This document shows, one piece after another, positions 26,048-38,684 of a DNA stretch of 64,000 nucleotides; the first letter of the stretch is position 1, and the number at the start of each line of letters is the position of its first letter. The notes under the pieces are model-generated. The model was not told where the DNA came from, searched no databases, and saw only the letters and a program-made list of their open reading frames with translations. A program made the position numbers and the translations under genes. Source of the stretch: Tubiluchus corallicola. Taxonomy: Eukaryota > Animalia > Priapulida. The stretch lies in assembly GCA_030141605.1 (NCBI GenBank), contig JAQGDQ010001045.1, positions 3,986 through 67,985 on the forward strand, in the 5' to 3' direction.

Positions 26048-27743
26048 CTGTAAATATTTTAACTTTTTAACGTTGTTTTTTAGAAAAAAATTATGTAATC
26101 ACGTTTCTTTGATAAAAACTTTCAGGCTAAAACACCTTTGAAACTGTTTTTTGCAATTTAACAATAAAGCTACTTTTAAAAACATAATGAAGGAAGTTGT
26201 TAAAAATTTTAGTGATACTTTAACTTCTGATTTGATAACATATCTATTTTGCTTTTTGAACATCATTTCTTGAAAAATGTTATATGACTACGAGTCATTT
26301 TATTGGAAAAACTAACAAAATTGAAACTCAACTTGAGAGGTGAAAATCTTTGAATAATTAGAAAAATTCACTCATAAAAACTATATTTCCAACATTTCAA
26401 ACCCTAGGTTAGCTATTAATAGCTATTTTACGCAAATGGCATCAAATTAGGTCCTGCTTTCTGTTTTATGTTGATGTACCTGGATTTCTATCTAGTAGAA
26501 ATAACGAAATACACTACACCATTATGCCTGTTGCCGAACTACTTTATTTACAATGCGGTCTCACGCATTAATACATAACACTTTCTTTTAAAACCTCTCT
26601 GACGTGTTGGATTTACTAAATCCCCTTAAAGACCCTTTTACATGCATCTGGTTTTGTCAAAAATATAGACATCTTGTACAATAGTTCAGGTATCCCGTCT
26701 GCAACAGTATACAGAATATTCTAGATGGTCAAGATGGCGTCTGCACGCATCATACGTGCCACTGACCAGCGACCGCCGTCCAAACACATTCTGTTGCTAC
26801 GCAGCATCTTTATCTGTAATTATGTGTACAGTGTACAAATCCTTAACAGTAAAGGGAAGCTGCGTTAAATAATGATTTTGATTAAATTGGCGATTAAATT
26901 ATTAAATTAATAACTCAAGATCAAATGCTTGACAAGAAGCCTAGTTAGGTGTGGTATCACGTGACCAGCCGATCTTCGACCGACTGACTCATGATGATGA
27001 AACCCTTATGCGCAGAAGCTCACGGCGCATTAGAGAATTTGTCAAAAGTGTTTGATGCCCGCACCTCGAGGTAGATGAGGAAATGACTTGAAGACGGAGG
27101 GCTGGCATTACTATCCTCTTATATTTACCGTGTTGTGTTTGATATTTAATAAATGTGTTGCTCCTTAAATCAAGTATTGATAGATCTTACTGTTTTTCAT
27201 TGAGTTATTTATTTTTATTCTTATTTATTTATTAAGGTTTGCTATAGCAATATCTTACTGTTTTTCATTGAGTCATTTATTTTTATTCTTATTTATTCTC
27301 CACCACTTTAACGCTTAGACTTTTGCTAGCATGGAGGTCACCAGACACTAAAAAATGCGTCTCTTTCGATGTTAAGTTCTTGGTACGACGTGTGCCACAG
27401 TGGGGAAACTTTTCCTTACATGTGTTGCGCCGATTGTATGATGCAATAACAACACGGATTGTAAACTACATGTAAAAGAATTTTGTTTAAAGGAATGTCC
27501 ATGAAAAAATGCTAGCATGTATTAATAATAAGCACCTTGTGCAATTAGTGAAAATCACTATAAATTCACTTGAACACTCTCGGCACACCTCATGGGCTCA
27601 CAGGGCAGTTGCCCCACGAGCACAGGGTTAATCATAAATTTCTTCAAGGCATGTTATATTGGTTCAAATGTTTGTGCTGATTAATCCTTGCTGTACAGCA
27701 TTTTTTAAATGTTTAAACACTGATACTACTGGAAGTACCAATG

Positions 27744-28112
27744 CAGTGTTCCCTCACTTATCGCGGGTGTTCTGTTCGAGGCCTACCCGCGATAAGTGAA
27801 TTTCCGTAAAGTAGGGACGTTAAATTCATCCGCCGAATAAATACATGATTTACTGTAAATGGTAATTTTTATGATTTATAATATTCTTTTGATGTTATAA
27901 TTAATACTTTTAATATAATTTTGTACATTTTGTAATTTTTTTATGCAAAATTCATCAAAGCTATACATTACTGTATAATACGTACTACGCATGTGCAAAA
28001 ATACTGTAGACGAAGTACCGCAAAAACCCGCGATAAATATTTTACATTAATATTCTTTGAAAACCCGCGAAACAGCGACAGACGAAAACCGCAAAGTAGC
28101 GAGGGAACACTG
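27744..28112. mobile_element. Tc1/mariner-pogo (Tigger-like) MITE
   Basis: CAGTGTTCCCTCACTTATCGCGG ... CCGCAAAGTAGCGAGGGAACACTG|TA. Confidence 0.8.
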
Positions 28113-28887
28113 TACAACAAATACACACTGTGTTTAATTTTGTCGACCGTTTACATTTTTAGCTCTGAGTAGTTATTTAGGTAGGGGTCCAAGTATTGCC
28201 TGTGGCCTATAATGCTGTTAAGATGACCCAGGGCACCCCTTTTGAATGCCGGTTTTCCAAAAATGATGTCGTTCATTGTCCAAAAAGAGCACACTGTCAA
28301 TTTTCATCAAAAGTAAAGCTTTAGGGATATTTTTGCATGTACATTGGTCAAGTTGTAGAAGTTTGTTTAAGCTGCATACTTACAGAAAGCTGCAAAGTCT
28401 GTAAATATTTTATTTATTTTCAATAAAAAATTGATCATCATCGTCTATTAATTACGTCATAATTTTCAAGTGAATGGCAGCTACCACAGAGCCTGAAAAT
28501 TTCTATATACTCATAGTATAAATTAACTTTATGCCTTAAAGACAGCTTTTTTGCAAACTTTTTGTTATATTTTCTGAATTTAAGTGACAACAGGAAAATA
28601 AATCCAACCTACTACAAATGACTTGTCCTTTCTTTCAACTGTGACAGTAGCATTCATTATTTCAACCATGAACCCCAAATGAAATTTCGCAGTCGGAAGA
28701 ATTTCAATAATTGTCGTATATTATTACACCAATTCTACGGCCAACAAGGATGCGAATGAATTTTACGCAGAAGGAAGCGAAATCGTATTTTATAACTAAA
28801 ATGTTAACCAAGTTCACTCCGTATTTGCAAAAATACAGCCATTCCTGGTTTGGTAATTATTACAAGATGTACTTATACAGAATAGGA

Positions 28888-29460
28888 CAGGGGTGTGCAA
28901 AGTGGGGCCCCCGCGGAGAGATTTGTCAACCTAATGAATTTTGTATTTTGCCGGCGATCAATTTGTAAGTAGCCAGCAAGCTGAAAAAGTGTGGTCACCC
29001 CTGATTTAGGGGTGATTCCCAGATTTTAGTTTGAGCTTAGGCTCAGTAGTACACGCCTCAATCAGTGGCTATTTCATCGTCTCATCAGATGTAGTGTTCT
29101 TATAGATCAGAATCATGGATAAGAAAAAGAGGAAGATTGAAGAAGAACAGCGGGTCAAGACATTAATATGCGCTGTACTACACAGACTGTGTGATACACA
29201 TTACTAATATGCATTGTAATGAAATTACCACTATCTGTCGTGAAAGTAGAAATATATGGTTTTTAATATAAATTTTAATAACTTCTAAAATAGTTTCTTG
29301 ATTGTAGTAGTGCAGCAGTAATGATGAGCGCAAATCGCATGCAAAAAATCATTATTAAGTCCTACTGTACTTGACTCCTTGATCAAACTGCACGTGGCCC
29401 ACAGGAATTGCGGGAATGTTTAATGTGGCCTGGCTAGTCAAGATAATTTGCACACCCCTG
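28888..29460. mobile_element. hAT (Charlie-like) MITE family D, copy 1
   Basis: TIR CAGGGGTGTGCAAA / TTTGCACACCCCTG; 8-bp TSD GAATAGGA/GCATAGGA. Confidence 0.88.
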
Positions 29461-29789
29461 GCATAGGACATATAGGCCAGCAGGACACATTTAATAGTGA
29501 GCAACAACTGTCTGTAAGATGAGTAAGAAAACGAAAATCACATGAAAGAAAATTTACTACCGAAATACATGGGCAAAAAATGAAACTTTCAACATAGACA
29601 CAGAGCCGAAAATATGCTCATGAGCTTCAAATTCATCGTTAGGTAGTTTGCAAGTCAAAACTCAAACAACAAGTAATGCGCTCAAGTCAATCAAAGTTAA
29701 GTTAGAACCAAATCAAGATACTAGCTATATACAATGGTTTTAAGCAATTATTTGAAAGGGAACAAAGCGGAATTTTGAAGTGCCTTAAA

Positions 29790-31260
29790 ATACTTTCCAT
29801 GCAAAGTTGATGTGCTTAGCATAACGCTTATGTGTTTGAAAGACTTACATAACTGGAAAAAAATGCTAAATAATATTAAATGTTTGCACCACCTGGTAAT
29901 ATGTCACTGTTTCACTATCTCAGAGTGCATCACTGATTCACCATCCCAGTGTGCATCACTGATTCACCATCCCAGTGTGCATCACTGATTCACCATCCCA
30001 GTGTGCATCACTGTCTCACCATCCCAGAGTGCATCACTGATTGACCATCCCAGTGTGCATCACTGATTGACCATCCCAGTGTGCATCACTGATTCACCAT
30101 CCCAGTGTGCATCACTGTCTCACCATCCCAGAGTGCACCACTGATTCACCATCCCAGTGTGCATCACTGATTGACCATCCCAGTGTGCATCACTGTCTCA
30201 CCATCCCAGAGTGCACCACTGATTCACCATCCCAGTGTGCATCACTGATTCACCGTCCCAGTGTGCACCACTGATTCACCATCCCAGTGTGCACCACTGA
30301 TTCACCATCCCAGTGTGCATCACTGATTCACCATCCCAGAGTGCACCACTGATTCACCATCCCAGTGTGCATCACTGATTGACCATCCCAGTGTGCACCA
30401 CTGATTCACCATCCCAGAGTGCACCACTGATTTACCATCCCAGAGTGCACCACTGATTCACCATCCCAGTGTGCATCACTGATTCACCATCCCAGAGTGC
30501 ACCACTGATTGACCGTCCCAGTGTGCACCACTGATTCACCATCCCAGAGTGCACCACTGATTCACCATCCCAGTGTGCATCACTGATTCACCATCCCAGT
30601 GTGCATCACTGATTCACCATCCCAGTGTGCATCACTGATTGACCATCCCAGTGTGCATCACTGATTCACCATCCCAGTGTTCATCACTGATTCACCATTC
30701 CAGTGTGCATCACTGATTCACCATCCCAGGGTGCATCACTGATTCACCATCCCAGTGTGCATCACTGATTCACCAAATAACACATTATTGATCTCACAGA
30801 CAATATAAAGTAATTTACACTTTTTAAGCTGGTCAGCAAACAGAGTTCTACCAATGCTCTGATTATTTTCTTCGAGGTCTAAACAATTTCATGTAAACTT
30901 GTATTAAACGGCTTATCATAAAATGGTGTGCGTAACACAGGAGTTTAAATTCCACATTGCGCACAGAGTTGCAGCTAATGCAAGTTCTCTATGCAACAAG
31001 GCAGCACGTAAGTGATACAAAATTTCGCGACGAATTTTTGAAGCTTCACATAAGAAAGGCGTTTTAAAACTATGGGGAAACACACTGTTACTATTTTCAC
31101 AAAAATCTCTCGATTCTCTAACATAATTAACAGCGAAAGTGAAGAAAATTGTTAATAAACACTAAGTCTTTGTCTTTTTTTAAGCGCGTAAGTGATATAC
31201 AATTTCACGACGAATTTTTGAAGCTTCACGTAAGAAAGGTGTTTTCTTGTGCTTTAAAAC
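29790..31260. mobile_element. Interspersed repeat (second copy about 47994-48640) carrying an expanded minisatellite
   Basis: Colinear homology on both sides of the array, e.g. ACTTTCCATGCAAA..GAAAGACTTA and AATGCTCTGATTATTTT..CTTATCATAAAA; class unknown. Confidence 0.65.
29922..30775. repeat. 26-bp tandem minisatellite (about 33 copies)
   Basis: Unit CATCACTGATTCACCATCCCAGTGTG. Confidence 0.97.
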
Positions 31261-31439
31261 TATGGGTAAACAAAGTGTTACTATTGTCACAAAAATCTCT
31301 TGCTTCTCTAACATAATTAACAGCGAAAGTGAAGAGAACTGCTATTAAACACGAAGTCTTTGTCTTTTTTTATAAAAATACATTGCTGGTGCAAAAGAAT
31401 TAAGCTTTTCCGGAATTTTCTAACAAGATTGGCTTCATT

Positions 31440-34400
31440 CTACAACATGTCATCTAAACACAAGCTATTGGGAAAATTTGCCTTAATTTGACCTATGAAC
31501 AGTGATTGCAACCGAGGTATACATTTTGCTTTAGGATTATTTTTACCGAAATATTCCAAAGCTTCATCGAACGCTAGTTTTACGTCAGCGAACATGTCTT
31601 CAGGTGTGCCGTACTGTTGTGCTTCGAGAGTTTTTTGGACGTAGCTCAGCGTCATTCTCTGCGCGTCGTCTGCAAAGAAGTCGGCGTGCGTTTTTTCGTT
31701 GATTCTTACCAGCGACGCACAGGCTCTGCTGCAAACGATCTTATTCAACATGGCTTCGCACACGGTTTGCCGTTCCGGAGTCATGTTGGGTTTCTCCTTT
31801 TGTTGTTTTCGCGTGCCTCCATCTTTGTTGGTTATGCGCTTAAACCGCGTGCTTGAAGACACTGTGGCGAACGATCTTTCCTCATTTTTGTGCGCGTCTC
31901 TAATGTTGTCGGACCTGGTAATTCTCCGGCTCTTTGTGTCGGACTTCACAGTACCACCTTTCGTCCTCCTCTTGGGCAGTACGATGATTTTACCTTCCCA
32001 ACTGGCCGCGGACGAATCTGAATCGTCGCTACTCTCATCTTCGCTAGATTCTGACGACTCCTCTACTTTGCGGACGCAATTCGCCCTTTTGCGCTTCCGT
32101 CGCTTAACTCCGGCCAGGCAATCGCCACATTTCCACCGATATCGCGGGGTGTTCCGCAGTGGAGGATCGTGGCATTCCTTGTGGTAAGCAGACGGACAGG
32201 TAGAACAGTAAATGAGATCACTATCCTCTTGACATACCCAGCATTCTTCGTCGTGTTCAATCTCGTCACGTTCCTCGTCATCCGACTCACTCAGTTCCTT
32301 ATATGAAGCAGCCTTCCTCGTACTTATCCGCTGACCAACCGGAACGCATGCCGGACACAACCAGTCTCCTCTTGGAACAGAACGTAACGCTGGTCGCAAG
32401 CAGTACATGTGATAAGGCATATTGCACTCGTCACATAACAGTAATTTGTCGTCGTCTGTCTTCTTGCGACAAATTTTACATTTTGCGTGCTCCGCAGACT
32501 TTTCCCATTTTACGGAAGCATCCAGAATTCCCAACAGCACGTGAAGTCGAGACAAAGTGAGACTGTTTTCAACTTCTTCGCGCCATTTGATAGTTTCTTT
32601 TGATTCCATTTCTACCGCATCTTTCACTTCCTCGGTTTTAGCATCTACCGTTTCATTCTCAATTTGTTGTGGTTTAACCTTTTTCTTCTGCATCACTCCG
32701 CAAAGAAACTTCTGGGACACATGTTTTTGAACTTCTATCAAAAGTGGCGCCAGATCTTTCACAGAGTTGCTGGACAAAAGTTGTACTTCCCACAGTTGAA
32801 AATTTGGTACCCCTCCGAGCCCGCCATTCCGCAGCCTCATCTCAGTATCTGTCAATTCTTGCTTGAAGGCACCCAGCATTTCTTTATCTCCATCGGAATC
32901 TCTCAAAGCAGTAGGCGCCCGTTTGCCTAAGTTCAGAACACGCACGAGCTCTCCGTACTGCTTTTTCAACTCATTCTTCAAGCGACTCTCTCGCACACCT
33001 TGATCTGACAGACTGGACTGCAGAGCATCCACTTCTTTCACAGTGTCATAATAAAACCATAAGTTCTGTCCGGAAGTCGGAAAGGTGGTTTCCTCAGCTT
33101 CCGGTAAAACCTTCACCGCATCATCATCGTTGCTTACGAATTTGTTAAACACGTTGTATTGTATATATGGTTGTACCCAGCCTTTTTCAACGTAAAGTCC
33201 AGGCATTGTCATACTGAAAAGCCAGTACCGATGATGATTACGGTCACTACCCAAAGGTCTTCTTCTCATCACAGCCTTTGCTTGTGCTACGGTGTCTTCA
33301 AAACTCTTCTTAGACTGCAGTTCCCGCTTCTTTATCCGCAACTCCTCTTGCTCCCTTTCTCTTCGTTCTCTATCTAACTTCTCTTGTTTCGCCTTTTCTT
33401 CTTTCTGTTTCGTTGTTAAAATTCGCCTTCTTTTAACCACGGAGGCGAGATCGCTAGGCTCCGGAATATCTTCCGGATCCACTTTTTCGCCATCTTTATT
33501 CCCATAAAATTGTTCAATAGTTGTCTTCCTGGTAGCACTTTCAGAATCAGCAACTCCTGCCTTTTTAGTGTTGTCATCAGTGCCAGCTTCGGTTACAATG
33601 TTATCAGCGCCAACAGTTTCCGGCAAGTTTTCCGGATTGGATTCCTTTATTTCTTTTGTTTGCTTTTTTGCCTTAATTTCGTCATTCCTCTGTTTTTGTT
33701 CTTTCAGCTTTTCTTTCCACGCCACGTGAGCGTCGCGTCGTTTCTCGTCTATGTAGTCCAGTAGCGAACAAGACGACATGATACGGTGGCAGAGACCGAC
33801 AAAAATGTGCACCTTCTCTCCCGGGTCTAGCTGATAAAATTCCGTGAATTCCAACTTCTCCATCAAACCGTCGAGTAGCCTATCGTTGTCTTCATCTTCC
33901 TCGTAATCGTCGGAATCGTCGTCGGCGTTGTCGCGCTTTCTCAGGCAAAGTCTGGTAAGCTCAGACGCGCTGCACAAATTCAACGGTATCGCGGACAACG
34001 GCAATTTCAGTTCTTTATAACTATCGGCAATTTTGTCTTGTAGCAGCGTCTGCAGTAGGATGACCAAAACTCGCGACAAGTAAGAGAATCCCTGACTTCC
34101 TGCCACCAGGGCATTCATCAGCGTCTCCGAGTGAATAGGATACGGATCGTCAGGCATCAGCAAGCCACTGTAACAAGCGAGAAATTCGGTTACCATAGCA
34201 ATGTCTCCAAACAACTCGTTTGGTAAACCCTCCGGGGTCGAGACCAGCTTTGGAGGTGGAATGCTTGTGAGATTTTTTAAGTCTTTATCCTCTACTTTCT
34301 TGTTTAGTAAAATCTGCTTTTCTCTGGTTTGCTGCGCCCGCTCTTTCGCTTTAATTCGCAGATACGCTTTCTTCTCTTCCGGGTTCATTTTCTTTAGTTT

Positions 34401-36181
34401 TTCCAGCTCGCGTATCCTGGCCATCTGCGCTGAAATCGTGTCACGGACGGGACCCGGCAAAAGTTTCACCTGTTCTTCTTTCAACTCCTTCGCACACCTG
34501 TTCAAGAGCTTCGTAGCGGCTATCTTATACCTTACCTCGTCCGGATGCTCGAGTAATTCCTTCTTGGCTCGTTTGTACATCACCACAACAGCCGGAGTTC
34601 TCGGCGTGGCAGGTTTTTTCGGAGAAGGCTTGGGAGACGGCGTAGCTTTAGCCTTATTATTGACTTTGCCAGCCTTCATGTCCAACAAAGTCATCTGTTT
34701 CATTTTCTTGTTTGGACTGCAGAGATCTTTTCCCGGGCTCTGCAGGGAACGCTTCCCGGGGGAACACGATTTCTTGTTCGGAGACGACTTTCTCTTGGCA
34801 TTTTTGTCTTGCGCGGTTTTCCTCTTTTTGGGCGACTTGTTCGGCTTTTTTTGGCCGCTTTGATTTTTCTTTGGCGACGAACGAGGCTTAGCGACAGCCT
34901 TCTGAGGAGATTTTTTGGGCGATGCCAACTTGTACCTGATTTCTTTCGGCGTAGATGCTAATTTATACCGAATTCCGTCGTCTTCGTCGTCGGGCGGCGC
35001 CAGCATATATCTAATTTCATCATCTTTCGTTTTCTTGGGAGATTTTACCGGCGTCTTCTTAACAGGCGAAGTCGATTTTTGAGGTGTCAGTTTCTTTACA
35101 GCCACAGATAAGGATTTGTCTTTGCCGCTTTGCAACGTTTTCGGCAACTTCTTAGTCGGCGAAGCAGCGGTCGATTTCTTAGGAGTCAATTTTTTCAAAA
35201 CCACGGAAAAGCTGTCGGCGTTTTTTCCTTTAGGCGTGGTTCTGGGCGAAGCAACGTTCTGCGACTTTTTTGGAGTTGATGGCGAATCTCCAAGCTTTGC
35301 AAAATGCTTCAGTAAACTATATGATTCCTTGGGGCTTTTGTTTTGTTTCGCTGTCTTATCGGCTTTCTTCTTTTTATCACTGTCGCTTTTGGACGTTGAT
35401 TTTGCGTGTTTCATCTTTGACTTTTTGTTGCCAATGTCACAAGATTTCTTTCCCAAATCGGTCATCTTAGACGGAGACAACAGAAAGTCGGCAAATTTAC
35501 TAACGAGATCATATTTCTTGACGAGTTTTTCGTCGACGACCCACGGCGCATTAGAAGCGGTACCAAATCGAACGGCATTTGCTCTGATAAAGAGGCGAAG
35601 TAACTCCTTCGACGGCAACTTCTCCGTGCGCTTGAGTTCGGTCGACGGAACGCCGTTGATAATAAGGTTATCACAGTGTACGTCATACGCAAAGTCCGAC
35701 GATAGTTTGATCTTATCAGCCGGCATTTTTGAAGGACTCTTATCTGAACCCTTAGCATTTTCCTTGTCGCTGTTTGGCGAGCTCCCGTTAGACGATGCGG
35801 CGGATTCGCCAGAAGAGGTGCCGGAATCCCAACGAGGAGGCGACTTCTTGACGACATTTACTATTTTACCTTTGATGACGTTGTGGGCCGAAGCAACGCT
35901 GAACAAAACGCACTCGCCAGGCTGAAGTACGCCGTGGAGTCTGACGCTGGCTGCGTCAACTAATCCGTCTAATGACTGCGTGCTGTGATGCACCAGTTCC
36001 AACACGGCTTTCTCGAACAGCGGCAAGAACTGACTGGCCAGCGACTGCCGACACGACGCTTCCGATTCCAGAGCTTTGATGTGTGTTAGACCGGTGTGCC
36101 CCGTGCATTGACATGTCCAAATACTTTCCTTGTACAACTGCAATCTTTTTCTGTATTCACTCTCAGAGCGAAACTTTTCCC
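31440..36181 (-). CDS. BAZ1B: BAZ1B/WSTF-like ISWI accessory subunit, coding exon 2 (4742 nt); full protein 1610 aa
   Basis: ttttccag|GG GAA AAG: rest of WAC domain (EYRKRLQLYKESIWTCQCTG..LTH..ALESE), DDT (LFGDIAMVTEFL), WHIM/WSD (PLGSDRNHHRYW, GVRESRLK), two PHD fingers, C-terminal bromodomain-like region. Confidence 0.93.
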
Positions 36182-36261
36182 CTGGAAAATAAATGGAAAA
36201 ACGGGTAAAGTGAGCTGCAGCTGGAGTGTAAACCTACTTAGTACATTTGAATTATTAGGCA

Positions 36262-36937
36262 CTAGCAAAGGCCCCGCAAAAAATTTTGCATATACATACA
36301 CTTACAATCAATAATACGCAAACATCCTACGTAGTCCTGCTTTATAACGCAAAGCCAGCAGCAGCTTTTACTGAATTAAAGTTATAAGGTTATAAGCAGA
36401 GTATAATGGATGACGTCAGAACAATGGCTTTGCGTCAGCAGTTTTCCAAGTGAAAATTGCCAAAAATAGAACATCTAATTAACTCCTCGCTACTCCTCTC
36501 ATTGGACGTGTCCTAAAATATAGCCCACGTCATCGTGTAGCCCTGTTCTTCCTCTTTCTAAAGAGCCATATATCTCCTTCCGAGAGTCCCACCAGGCGCT
36601 GCTAGAACGTTTTTTCTACAGGCTGTTTGACCAAAATTTCGAAAAAATTGCAATTGGGTCTGAGACGGGCTATCTATCCATGGCCCGTTCCTGTTCTTCA
36701 GAAATAAGAGGTATAAGTTTCGCAAAAAACGGCCGGAAAAATGGCCAATTTTGGAGGTTTTTTGCCCCCGTTCCTCGCGGTGTACCCGATTCGAAAAATA
36801 AACCCCCCAAAGGCATGACACTAGATCGAGACCTTTCATTTGATATATAGATCGCCGCAAATGGTGCCGTCGTCGAAGCTGTAGCCTCGAATCTTATATA
36901 TATATATATAACATACCAGCAAAATGAATATATACGA
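36262..36937 (-). mobile_element. Non-autonomous Helitron (676 bp) with a head-to-tail partial copy at 36938-37065
   Basis: Minus strand: 5' TC ... hairpin GCAAAA-TT-TTTTGC, 10 nt, CTAG|T; junction CTAG|TC at 36941-36936. Confidence 0.75.
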
Positions 36938-37550
36938 CTAGCAAAGGCCCCACAAAAAATTTTGCATATAAATCCACTTATAATAAAAAATACGCGAACA
37001 TCCTACATAGTCCTCATTTACAACGCAGCAGCTTTTACAGAATGAAGGTTATAGACAGACTATAACCTTATTATAATGATTCTTATTAAACTATTAATTT
37101 TTAAAAAAATAGTTATGTAGGTCCTATCTATAACATAGCAAAACTTGAACAAAATATGAAAAATTTACACAAAAATCAAACTTAACAAATATATAAACCT
37201 ACTACAAGACCCACTGAATAATCATATAATCATATAACTTCAATTCAGTTCAAATTTAATTTCCAAATATAACAAACTCGTTACTGTTTCTCCTTTTGAT
37301 TGTGATAAAAGAAGCCATTAAGGTGCATGTAAAGTTCTACGGTTTTTGTTTAACACGTGTATGACTGCGTAAGTCCAATCCAGCTAGCTTAGATTATTTT
37401 GTATTTTTACCTGTTGTGAGACATTTTAAACTTGTTTTGAATTAATTTCTCATTACACTCACATCTCGGTTTACCGAACAAAAGCGGGGAGACGCCGAAT
37501 GTCCGTATTTACTGATTCTAACCTAATACAGTAAGTGCCACGTATTAGGC

Positions 37551-38000
37551 CAGGGGTGTGCAAATTGCGGCCCGCGAAGAGATTTGTCAACCTAATGAAA
37601 GTGCGGCCCGGTTGATTAATTGAGTGTATCCAGCTGAAGTCCGTGCCACGATCCCAAAGATAGTGCGGGTAGTTTTTTCTACTAGATCGGATGCTATTAG
37701 ACGGTTGTAGCTTAATGTCACTGTACTACTCAGACTGTGTGATACACATTACTAATATGCATTGTAATGAAATTACCACTATCTGTCCTGAAAGTAGAAA
37801 TATATGGTTTGTAATATAAATTTTAATAACTTCTAAAATAGTTTCTTGAGTGTAGTAGTAATGATGTACGCAGGTCGGATGCAAAAAAATTGTTATTAGG
37901 TCTTTCTGTACTTGACTCCTTGATCAAACTGCCTGTGGCCCGCAAGAATTGTGGGAAAGTTTAATGTGGCCCGACTAGTCAGATAATTTGCACACCCCTG
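37551..38000. mobile_element. hAT MITE family D, copy 2
   Basis: Same TIRs as 28888; TSD TATTAGGC/TATTAGAC. Confidence 0.88.
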
Positions 38001-38434
38001 TATTAGACTCACGGTAATGCAGAATCAATCGCCGTTTCAAAAGCTCTAGTACGGGCCACTCCTGACACAAACTACCCCCTTGTTGTTACACGCTGCTTGG
38101 TTGCACTGATGTAGTGATGTAAACAAAGTGACGGCTTACCAACTAGCAGTCAGCTCATGAAATAACGGACTGTGCCCGTAGTGTGAGAGACTTAACGGTG
38201 CAGATTTTGTCTGATTTTTCCGACGTCCGTAAAAGCGAGGTCCGGCGGACCAAGATATAAGTGTATGTACATTTTTTGTTAATGTTATTGTACAGTATAG
38301 TAGGAGAAATGTGTTGGGAGAAGAATGAGGGGTACTGTCAAATGTTTACAGTAACAAAGGGCACTTTTTTAAAGCAATCTATGCTTCATTGTTAATGCTT
38401 TAATGAATAAATTTGTTTATATAAAGAGATATAT

Positions 38435-38684
38435 AGCTCTTTAGAAAGAGGAAGGACAGGGCTACACTGTGATGTGGGCTATATTTTAGTACACGTCCAC
38501 CAAGAGGAGTGCCGACGAGTTAATTAGATGTTTGGCAATTTTCATTTGGACTGCTGACGCAAAGCCATTGTTCTGACGTCATCCATTATACTCTGCCTAT
38601 AACTTTATAGCCCTAATTCAGTAAAAGCTGCTGCTGGCTTTGCGTTATAAAGCAGGACTATGTAGGATGTTTGCGTATTACTAG
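38435..38684 (+). mobile_element. Inverted fragment of the same Helitron family
   Basis: Reverse complement of about 36313-36570 (e.g. GCTGACGCAAAGCCATTGTTCTGACGTCATCCATTATACTCTG). Confidence 0.8.

Noticed and set aside
31617-35925. Plus-strand ORFs overlapping BAZ1B (likewise those over STK38)
   Set aside because: Antisense shadows of long coding exons with no recognisable domains.
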